From Octopus vulgaris (Eukaryota): a DNA stretch of 64,000 nucleotides. Of this stretch, positions 53,313 to 64,000 are shown one piece after another. A program made the translations under genes and the position numbers. The stretch covers positions 57,598,001 to 57,662,000 of the forward strand of contig OX597826.1 of NCBI GenBank assembly GCA_951406725.2, written 5' to 3'. Below the pieces are notes generated by a model. That model did no database searches. It saw nothing but the letters and a program-made list of their open reading frames with translations, and was not told the origin of the DNA. The stretch's first letter is position 1. Each line of letters starts with the position of its first letter.

Positions 53313-53710
53313 GTGCAGATAACTATGTTGTTTTGCTCCTGGTCAGCCTTGATTGATAAGACTTGTGATCAAAGTTATTCTAGACATAAATATTCTCTCT
53401 TCATTCTGAAATTTTATTGAGGACTATATTATTATTCAATGTATCTGCCCAATTTGTTGTTATTGTTGCTTTCTTTTTTTTTTTTTATTTCAATGACAGG
53501 ATGTGAATGTGATTGTAGAGACATTTAGCTGTTATTTCTATCTAGCAAGCCCCCAAGTAGCCGCATATAGAGTCTCCCTCATTGACTCAACCTAGTTGTA
53601 GTAAAATACCATATCTGGGGAAATATTATTTGACCAACAAATGATTCAACACTCATCAATTTAACAATTCTAAATTTGGAACTAAACCATGTATTTGAGC
53701 TTGACAAAGA

Positions 53711-53781
<71 letters not shown>

Positions 53782-53960
53782 CAGAGAGAGGGGGAGAGAA
53801 AAAAAGAGGTACTGAATATTTTGTTGTTCAGTGATAAACATTATACACATTTTTGACCAGTTCTTTTCATCCTCTTTCATCACCCCCTCAAATCGCATTC
53901 CTCAATTATTTCACCACTTAAAATATGAACAGTCTAATCAAGCCTTAACTCCACCTTTTT

Positions 53961-53992
<32 letters not shown>

Positions 53993-54744
53993 TCTCAAAT
54001 GTACAGACAGACAGGCAGACAAAACATGTGTGTGGTGAGAGGGGGTTCATCCATATTCTACAAGCAAACACACAAATACACATCACAAATACAAAGTAAT
54101 ATTCCCGTTAGTTTATTCTTCTGCAATATTTTTCACATTCTAGTTAGACATATAAATAATAATATATAATCATACATACATACATACTTAACATAAGTGT
54201 GGTACATACATAAATTGTCTCTCTCTCACACACACAGAGACAGAGAAATGTATGTATACTTTATATAGGAATTTATCTACAATTTGCTTTTGGGAGAAAG
54301 AATATGGATGATTGAAAGAAAGAAAGAAAATGAGAAGAAAGGAATGAAGAGGGGAAAATGAGAGAGAGAGAAGAAAAGAAAGAAGAGAATCACTGCATGA
54401 AAGAATGAAAACAAAATGATTAAAAAATAGAAGTGAAAACATAACAAAAGCTTCAAGTTAGCAGGATATTAAATAACTCCAGTAAAACACAAGTGTTGGA
54501 ATTCTTGCAAGACATTTCTAACATAACAAGCTTAATGGAAAATAAAGAGTCACCAAGGAAAAAAGCCTGTTGGTGGGCTGAAAGGAAGGAGGGAGGGCCG
54601 AACGAGGGGTGGGGTGGGGTGGGGGAGATGATTGGTGGGGGTGGGGGTGGGAATGGAAATGTATACAGAAGAAAGTAGCTTTCTCATGTTGTAGTTATTA
54701 TAGAGTAATGTTCTGCTTCCTGTCTTTTTACCGAGAGTTAAGGA

Positions 54745-54825
54745 CAGAGAGAGAGAGAGAGAAAGAGAGGGAGAGTCTATGTGTAAGTGTGTGTTTGTAT
54801 GTGCTTATGAGAGAGAGACAAAGAC

Positions 54826-54869
<44 letters not shown>

Positions 54870-55068
54870 TCTATGTGTAAGTGTGTGTTTGTATGTGTTT
54901 ATGAGAGAGAGACAAAGACAGAGAGAGAGAGAGAGAGAGGGAGAGAGTCTGTGTAAGTGTGTGTTTGTATGTGTTTTTCTGAGAGAGAGAGAGACAAAGA
55001 CAGAGAGAGAGAGAGAGAGAGAGGGAGAGAGTCTATGTGTAAGTGTGTGTTTGTATGTGTTTATGAGA
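54745..55068. repeat. Minisatellite, about four units of roughly 75-85 bp
   Basis: Unit (GA)n-GGGAGAGAGTCTATGTGTAAGTGTGTGTTTGTATGTGTTTATGAGAGAGAGACAAAGACA is repeated. Confidence 0.9.
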
Positions 55069-55674
55069 TAGAGGATAAGAGAAAACACTATGAGTTAGTG
55101 GTTTTCTCTTAGGAACCCCATCCACTTGCCAAACAAGTGCAACTCTGAAAAACAATTACATTTTAGCTATTGTAAGCAAAGTCTCCTGACAAAAGTACTC
55201 CTCCAATTCTTTACAGTATCTCAGGTGTTGGTGAAGGATATTTTGTCATCAGGTGGTTACTATGATACTAATGGCATTAATTTACCTGTAACCAAGTTTT
55301 TAGAATTATAACACAGCTACTATACTACTATAACTATCAGTCTTTATAGCTTACAAATGGTACCATTAATGAATTTATTTTTTTTTTAATCTTCTTGAGT
55401 GATTTGGGAGCACTTTTCTTTCTTGGTATGTTGTAAGCCCTCCTGGAGATTAAGTCGTTTAGCTTAGTAATTTAAGAGCTGTACATATGAGAAAGAAATA
55501 TAGAATTTACTGCAGAATAAAAGGGTAAAGAAGAGATGCACTACAAGGGTGACAGGAATGGAACAGACATGATGGAACAAGATAAGAGCAGATGCTTTCA
55601 ACTGAAAGATAGTCTGAGCACAGAAAGATAACACTAGAACTGTGAATTGAAGGATTTCTAAAGATTTCTCCACA

Positions 55675-56076
55675 AGGAGTGGCTGTGTGGTAAGTAGCTT
55701 GCTTACCAACCACATGGTTCTGGGTTCAGTCCCACAGCATGGCACCTTGGGCAAGTGTCCTCTACTATAGCCTCGGGCCGACCAAAGCCTTGTGAGTGGA
55801 TTTGGTAGATGGAAACTGAAAGAAGCCCGTCGTATATATGTATATATATATATGCGTGTGTGTGTTTGTGTGTCTGTGTTTGTCCTCTTAGTATTGCTTG
55901 ACAACCGATGCTGGTGTGTTTATGTCCCCGTTACTTAGTGATTCGGCAAAAGAGACTGATAGAATAAGTACTGGGCTTACAAAGAATAAGTCCCAGGGTC
56001 GATTTGCTCGACTAAAGGTGGTGCTCCAGCATGGCCACAGTCAAATGACTGAAACAGGTAAAAGAGAGTAAAGAGT
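55675..56076 (+). mobile_element. SINE family A
   Basis: Match to the family. Confidence 0.9.
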
Positions 56077-56366
56077 AAGTCAACCCAGGAATACAAAGTA
56101 TCTGGTCTAAAATGAAGACTTGGTTTTTGTCTTTGAAAAGGAACACACAAAGAAAGAAAAATGACTGAAATGGTAGACGTCATTGTAATTAAACTTCAAC
56201 AACGTAGTCTTGATTCTAAGGTGGCTAAAATTTTTAATGATGATCGTGCATTAATTATTTGTGTAGTGCTTATTCTATTTTAAGTAATTTTACTTCTTCA
56301 GCCGCTTTCTCCCTTTGCTAGCTGTTAGAATTGCATTAAAGTTTATTGTGGAACTATATTAGAACT

Positions 56367-56988
56367 TTAGGTCTCACTGAGGAAATGACTAGAGACCGAG
56401 ACCTTTGGAAGTATGCTGTGCGTGAGAAGACCCGGCAAGACAAGTGAGACCATAACCCGTGGCCTCTACATGGGATGTAGCCAGTCCACTTATGCGTACC
56501 TTTCCTTCTTGGGACACAAAACTCTACTTGTGAAGACCTGTTGAGGCAAGTGAAAATCGAAATCGATCAACATCAATGGAAATTGCAGCTGTGATACCAG
56601 TGCCAGTGGTATGTAAGAGAACCATCCAAACGTGGCCATTGCCAGCACCACCCTGACTGGCCTCATGCCGGTGGCACGTAAAAAGCACCATCCGATTGTG
56701 GCTGTTGCCAGCCTCGCCTGGCCCCCGTGCCGGTGGCACGTAAAAAGCACCATCTGATCGTGGCCGTTTGCCAACCTCGTCTGGCACCTGTGCCGGTGGC
56801 ACGTAAGAATCACCCACTACACTCACAGAGTGGTTGGTGTTAGGAAAGGCATCCAGCCGTAGAAGCATTGCCAGATCAGACTGGGCCTGGTGCAGCCTTC
56901 TGGCTTCCCAGACCCCAGTTGAACCGTCCAACCCATGCTAGCATGGAAAGCAGACGCTAAATGAAGATGATGATGATGAGATGATGAT
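56367..56988 (+). mobile_element. 5'-truncated RTE-clade LINE: ORF C-terminus, structured 3' UTR and (GAT)n tail
   Basis: 56367-56447 encodes LGLTEEMTRDRDLWKYAVREKTRQDK*, with the RTE-type DRxxW ending; then about 540 nt of UTR with tandem units and a short-repeat tail typical of the RTE clade. Confidence 0.85.
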
Positions 56989-59034
56989 ATTACAAATGGT
57001 CAGATTTAAACAGGTTGACTGTTGCTAAGTACTCTTATATACTTATATAAGCAATCAAACAGTTGAGTGAAATACTCTTTCAGTAACTAACATCAGACAT
57101 TAGTATTATGGAGCCACATGAAAAGAAGTCAGAATAATATGTCCAAACACTCTCTCCACAAAGAAGACAGCAAAAATTGACAAGTACGGATTGAGTTTGG
57201 ATAATGTTGTATTATAATCATTGAGCTTCGCTAATCTTAGCATTAAGTACTTAAGAGATTTAGATGTCCTTTGTAGTTGAACTAGTAAATGACTATATTC
57301 TAATCACTGGGACATGATGTGGCATACAGAGAGGGGGAAGGGGCAGCAGTTATTAAATGTTATCTGCAGCAGATTAATTCAATCAGAAACCAGCATTACA
57401 AACAATAAGAGTAATTGAATAATTTTGTGTTTCATGCAATTATAGAAAGCAATAGATTTATCTAATTTTATAGGCTTGCATGTGTTTGTGTGTGTATTTC
57501 CGCATGATTATATTTGTCCAGCCCCAGATCAGGCTGAACTGATCAGACCCATGATCAAAAGTAATCCAGCCATGGAACCAGCCTGTCAATTTTGTATGTG
57601 TAGCGCTACTGGCCAAGGTGTCTCTCTCTCTTTCCAAGATGGCAGAGTGTGGTTTGAGAGACATTTGGTTGCTATTTCTTGAAGACTGTGCAAACCAACC
57701 ACGTAAAGGCCCTTTAGTTAGCTCATGATGTATATATTTCCTTTGGTAGGCATAATTAGTAATTCATAAAACATCATGTATAAAGTTTATTTTCATAACT
57801 GAAATTGATAAACGCAAAATGTTTGTGTGAGTACGTGCGGTAGTGAAAAGGATTGATTATAACAAAATATCAACAAAAACAACCATGACAGGTTCCCCCA
57901 CCCTTTACTGTGGGTTCCTGTTGTTTGGTTAGAAAATTAAAAGAAGAAATCTAAGATCAGAGACAATTTTAGAAAGTGTGTGTGTGTGTATTTGCCATTA
58001 TAGTAAGGCTGAAATCTTACAAAAAGATACAGATGTCAAAGGATTATGCTGATAAGGGTTGCTGCAACAATAGGAAGTGGGGAAGAGAGAAGACCATAAG
58101 ACTATATAAATAAACATCAACTATTTATTGTGTGTGTGTGTGTGTGTGGCGTTTGCATGTGTATTTTCTCCTTCCATCTCAGCATGCACCATTCACCCAG
58201 TCTTTAATATAGTTCCCTTATCCTTTCCTATCCATATAGGAGGTCTACCCAGTTTATAGATCCTGAGAATGATACAGTGTTAAAATGAGCTCTTGATCCT
58301 TTCCTTGAACGTGATCATACAATATTCTTGTATGAACGAACACACATAAATAGAAGGGGGAGAGAGAGAGAGGGAGGGAGAGAGAGAGAGAGAGAGTGAG
58401 AGAGAGAGAGACTCCATCAATCTAGTTTCTTTCTCAGAAGAGCAATTCATTGCATGTGCAAGTGATGATATAAGTGTAAGCTTTATATGCAGACTTTGAT
58501 AAATAACTATATCAACCTAACAAAAATTTGAACCCTCAGTATCAATATTATCACCCTAAGGTTGTAACAATTACAATGCCCCAATAAAAACAACTCAAAT
58601 TGAAAACTTAGATTCATCAGAGTCATCTTTTTTTTAGGTTCTCTCTCATGAAATAATTACTGTCCTAAGACAAGAGCTTAACTGAACTGCATGAATGGTT
58701 AAATGGTTTAGAATGTGGGGGTACTAAATAATGGATTCAGATACTACTGTAGGTAGCACCTAATACTACAAGCACATTTAGTCTTAAGCACTTGGAGAAA
58801 AATGTAACCACCCACATGCTTCATCACTCTGTACCTCACTCAGCTAAAAATACATAATACTCCCACTTAGCCGATGAGTTATTAGTGGTATGCAGAACAT
58901 TCAGTTATAAACTATTTGCTACAACAATTCATGCAAATGAATAAGCTAGGCTATAATAGCAAAGGAAAACAGATGTGAAGTGTGTGTGTGTGTGTGTGTG
59001 TGTGCATGTGTGTGTGCATGTGTGTGTGTGTGTA

Positions 59035-59200
59035 GGCATGTGGCCTTGGGAGTTAGGGTTTTAGGCTCATGTTCATTAAGTTGAGGGTTCTATTCTTGGA
59101 CCAGGTAGTGTGTTGTGTCCTTGAGCAAGGCACTTCATTTCATGTTACTTCAGTCAATTCAACTGAAAATGTAAGCCAGCCAGGTTCTGGTGCAGCTCTT
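59035..59200 (+). mobile_element. Old tRNA/CORE-like SINE head (family D)
   Basis: GGCATGTGGCCT..GTTAGGGT..GGTTCTATTC..GTGTCCTTGAGCAAGGCACTT (CORE-like). Confidence 0.6.
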
Positions 59201-59544
59201 TCTGGATCCAACTATCATATTTTCATGTTCCACTGGATTATAGGTGCAAGTGCCTAGGGAGGTGTCTATATTGGCTCATACCCGATATAGGCACCTAAAA
59301 CAATCAGTGAAACATGGTACATGCTACCAAGTCACACTCATTTGCAAATGATGACTAAGATTTTATATCTTTCTATACCTGTGTGTGTGTGTTTTACAGA
59401 AAGGGAGTCCTAACATCCAATGTAAGCTTCCATCCAATATTTGTGTAAGCAAACTGATATTCTAACAACATCAGGATGCCTGAAGTTGAACCTCATTCAG
59501 ACCATCGGGCTCATGTGCCACTTATATAGACTCAAATTATAATA

Positions 59545-59925
59545 CTCTTTACTCTTTTACTTGTTTCAGTCATTTGACTGCAGCCATGCTGGAGCACCGC
59601 CTTTAATCGAGCAACTCGACCCCGGGACTTATTCTTTTGTAAGCCCAGTACTTATTCTATCAGTCTCTTTTGCTGAACTGCTAAGTAACGGGGACATAAA
59701 CACACCAGCATCGGTTGTCAAGCAATGTTAGGGGGACAAACACAGACACACAAACACACACGCGCATATATATATATATATATACATATATACGATGGGC
59801 TTCTTTCAATTTCTGTCTACCAAATCCACTCACAAGGCTTTGGTCGGCCCAAGGTGCCACGCAGTGGGACTTAACCCGGAACCATGTGGTTGGTAAACAA
59901 GCTACTTACCACACAGCCACTCCTG
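59545..59925 (-). mobile_element. SINE family A with a short internal deletion
   Basis: Match to the family; deletion between two GCCC microhomologies. Confidence 0.9.
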
Positions 59926-60940
59926 TATAACTTCTGTTTCAGAAAGATAACCTGATTGAGTGGATGAAGTGCTTGCTATGAGAATTTGTGGCATAGATGC
60001 TTAAAACATGGATCACGGATTAACTGTTCCACAGTAGGCATTATGTTGAGTTCTTGATGAAAATTTTAACTCCGCTTTAATTCTGTAAACATGAATAATG
60101 GACTCTCCCATCAAAGACAATGTACGAGTGTTAAGCTTTTGCCGAACGACCTGCACAAATAATTTGCTTATTGTGATCAAATGTATGTACTGTGCATTAG
60201 CTCACTCTCTCTATCAAATCGAAGTTGCTTGACCAGGTGCACAGTGTACCATGCATCAGGTGTCAAAGTGATTGCAGAGTAATGTGAAATGAAGTATTTT
60301 GCTCAAGAACGCAACACACTACACAGTCTAGGAATTGAAACTGTGATCTTGCAATTGTTAGTGCCACACCCTAACTTCTAGGTTGTGCATCCTCACTTGA
60401 ATAATGACCATCTAATTAATATCCTAACAAGAGGTAAATTTGTTTTGGGCCACATTTAACAAGCTAGTGTAATAGGGATTTTAAATGTTGGTAATAAGGG
60501 AATTGATATTTGAAACTACAAAAACGAACTGGAAGAGAGATAAAAGCTTGTTAAACTTAAGTAAAATTTTTGTTCAAAACATGGAGGTGACAGGTAAATA
60601 AAATAGACAGACAGAAAAACAAACAAGATATAGAGATAGATGAAGATATATAAACAGGCAAAATGCCTTTAAATATTCATCTTAGAAGATATCAGCAAGA
60701 ACTAATCAAAAGAAAACGGTTGCCCACTAATTAGAAGTTAAGAAGTAATGAAATAAATACTAATAAATAACCGGCGTTAATAACTGAAGTTCATCAAGAA
60801 AACTAGCGATGAAAAAATAGCAAAGGAATATATTTGATATTCTCTTTTTCAAAGACATCCAAAATAATGTATGGGGGAACTGCTGATGATGCAATTGCCA
60901 GTGTAATAAATATTTATTTATTCCACAGAGAAACACTTAC

Positions 60941-61017
60941 CTCTCAAATTTTTCAACACCTTTCAATTTTTTACAATTACTGAAGAACATAAAACTGTCA
61001 GGCTGGGTAATACTTAC
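60941..61017 (-). other. Candidate 77-nt exon beginning with GTAAGT (recursive-splice-site type)
   Basis: Minus strand: ..TATTTATTTCTTATTCATTTCAG|GTAAGTATT...TTTGAGAG|GTAAGTGT; one open frame, VSITQPDSFMFFSNCKKLKGVEKFE. Confidence 0.45.
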
Positions 61018-61969
61018 CTGAAATGAATAAGAAATAAATATATTTTAGAATAATTCATAATTCCTTATATAGATATGAAACACATTTTTAAGTAAACAAA
61101 TTTGGACCAGGGACAACACTTGTAATTTTAACTATGTATGAACATTTGATCTAAACAGCAATCCCAGAAAATGCTTAAGTTTTGAGTGTCAGCATTATAT
61201 TAAATAATATTGGTGTATTTCATAGATTTTTTTCTCTTTTAATAATCTTTTGGGTATTGTTATATACACCAGTATGTGAGACAATCTTAACATTTGTGTA
61301 TACAAACTAAAAGTTATTCTCAATACATGTAATAAATAATCCACTTCATTAGACCACTGAAGTTTGCTTGTGCATAGAAAGATTTGAAATGAAGACAGAA
61401 ATAAATATCCAAGAATATTTAAGTCCGGTAGTGTAGCATTTCTGCTCATTCAATGGCAAAATTCAATAACCAATTAATACCAAAGAATCAATTTTCCTAA
61501 AGAGACACCAGTGTATGGGTGATGTTAGTTTACACAATCCTAATGTCATAACCTGAATATTGAGAAGCAAATGGAATGTATAGGAACAAATGAGGTATGT
61601 AAGAGCAAAATACTCAATGAAATATCAACAATGACCACCATAATGGTTTATTTGGATTGGCCAGGTGCAAGGCCAAATTCTTTAAATCAATGTAACAGAC
61701 CCATTGAATTAATCAGGGAGTTATTTCATCAATCTCAGTGAAATCATTAACAAAGTCAATTGATGTGATCTGCTAATTGGGGACACCGATCATTTATCTA
61801 GTATTTTCATCAAATTGACTGAATCATGAAATACTGTAATACAAAGAAGAATGAGAATGTGAAATATTGCGGTCCCTAAAGACAAAACAGAATATAACTG
61901 AGGAACATAGAAGGGGTTATCTAGAGGTGCAGTAGAAGCTCACAAGAAACAGTTTGAAACATGATAATA

Positions 61970-62170
61970 ATTCTTTCTAATTTCTGACACGAGGCCAGCA
62001 ATTTTTGAGGGGAAGGGAGAGTTGCTTACATCAACCCAACTGCTGAAATGTTTCTTATTTTATCGATACCAAAAGGATAAAAAGCCAAGTCAACCTCAGC
62101 ACCATTTGAACTCAGAATGTAAAACTGGAAGAAATGCTGTGTGCTAATGATTCTACTGGTTCATTGCCCT
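61970..62170 (-). mobile_element. Old B-like SINE
   Basis: Degraded TATTTTATCGA..AAAGGAT..AAGTCAACCTCAGC..TTTGAACTCAGAA block. Confidence 0.6.
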
Positions 62171-62669
62171 CAAGACATGGTTAGAATAAAAACTGTTTCT
62201 CACTTTAAGTTCAAGACCAGATATCGGTGGAGGACAGGGGAAGATTTTTGACAAATTCTACTGCAGTACTTGACTGGTGCTTATTTTATCAAACCCCCAA
62301 AAGAATACACTAATTCAGGATCAGAATTATAATAGGGAAGAGAAACACAAGACTGTGTGCCATCCATAGCTTTTTTTCAGAAGTAATAATGATGTAGGTA
62401 AAGTAAAATGGCTAAAACTGGGAATTGAAACAGAATCACTCACACTTCTACCTACAACATTCGTTACAACATTCTGTTCGATGAATTAAAGTGAACCTAC
62501 ATATATTGAAATATATTGATAACTAAACTATATGTCATATAATGAATATATCATATTAGCAATAGTTTTTCAGCTACTCAATTTCAGCACATTGTAAGCA
62601 ACCTGAATATGCATGTATATATATATAAATACATAAGTAAGTTCCGCCAACAAAGAATAATGGATTAAA

Positions 62670-62831
62670 TTATGTATGTATGGATGCATATATGCATGCA
62701 CACACACACACATATATGTATATGTGTGTGTGTGTGTGTATGTAGATAAATGTGTGTGTGTGTGCATATATATATATGCATACATATATATATATATACA
62801 TATATATACATATACATATATATACATATAC

Positions 62832-62906
<75 letters not shown>

Positions 62907-62961
62907 CATACTTATACACATATATACATATATACACATATATAACAAGGAAAATACACAC

Positions 62962-63014
<53 letters not shown>

Positions 63015-63050
63015 CATATATATATATATATGTGTGTGCGTGTGTGTACA
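62670..63050. repeat. (TA)n/(TG)n/(TACA)n arrays
   Basis: Read directly from the sequence. Confidence 0.95.
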
Positions 63051-63915
63051 TGTATGTTAATACACACACAAATTGGAAATCTATTAGCAGCAAGAAGACT
63101 TCATTGCATTTTTATAGTTTTTTTTTCATTCTTGCTTATCAATACTAGCAACACTATGAAACAAACAGAATGCACCTTTTCAATCAATAAAGCATACATA
63201 TGCACACATTATTTTATATGTGTGTATATATATATATATGTATGTATATACAGGGCACACTGCTAAGTAATCCTTATATTACAGAATATCCATATCGCAA
63301 CAGTAAGGATTCTTGAGCTTAAAACTTCAAGATTAAAACAAAAATTTGAAATAATGCAAACTCTACAATTTCTTTTTTGTTGATAATTCGGTTTTTTTTT
63401 TGCTTTGCTATTGAATTGTATTTTTTATTTCATTTACTACATTTTTATGTATGCTTTATAAAATTACACTTTTTCTCTCAGCTCAAGTTTTTTTTTCTCC
63501 TTTGTATAATTCTTTTATTTTTTTTTTGGTTTTTTTTTTGGGGGTGGTGGGCAGGAACTTGGAAAGTGAGCTTAGTGAACAAACAATACAAAGAAGAATG
63601 AAGAGGAAAAATTGTAGAATTATGGTTCACTTCAAACTATATAACTGTATCAACTATATCTATCCATTTTCTTTCTGGTAAGTCTACTTAGTTCCAAAGA
63701 CATATGCTCACTCTTTCTTTCTGAAATTTTCAACCACATACATCTATAACTATATATATGTGTTCAAAATATGCACATATGCACACATATGTGGTTTGGG
63801 GGTACATGCACACACACACACACACACCTGTATGTATGCAACCTACAGAAAGCAGGAAGAAAATCTAGTGATAGGATGTGAAGGAATGAAACTTTTTTTT
63901 ATATGGAGAGTGGGA

Positions 63916-63959
<44 letters not shown>

Positions 63960-64000
63960 TGCTGAAATATTCTTGCTCTATTTATAAGTATTTTTTTTTA

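Noticed and set aside
53202-53420. Poly-Val / poly-Ala ORF
   Set aside because: A compound trinucleotide microsatellite.
54606-54651. G-quadruplex-capable (GGGGT)n run (similar run at about 5453-5481)
   Set aside because: Simple G-rich repeats are common in this kind of DNA, and there is no evidence of function.

Overview
This is AT-rich, repeat-dense eukaryotic DNA with no recognisable host protein-coding gene. It looks like intron or intergenic sequence from an octopus-like cephalopod; that assignment is an inference from the SINE families and microsatellite load. Almost all supplied ORFs are artefacts of (TA)n/(CA)n arrays or of repeats. The window holds two abundant tRNA-derived SINE families (here called A and B), older SINE relics and many 5'-truncated 3' ends of an RTE-clade LINE. 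It also holds decayed RTE and Penelope reverse-transcriptase fragments and hAT, piggyBac-like, mariner-like and Helentron-like non-autonomous DNA elements, often nested. The most interesting signals are: a minus-strand recursive-splice-site-like AG|GTAAGT followed 77 nt later by a second consensus donor (60935-61045); an intact minimal type I hammerhead ribozyme (12387-12430, minus); and tandem H-type pseudoknot units in the LINE 3' UTR. Also notable are a 377-bp fold-back (641-1017), repeated antisense SINE-into-SINE insertions, and a sharp switch from CpG-retaining to CpG-depleted DNA near 8.8 kb. All calls were made by eye without database searches, and coordinates of degraded repeats are approximate.
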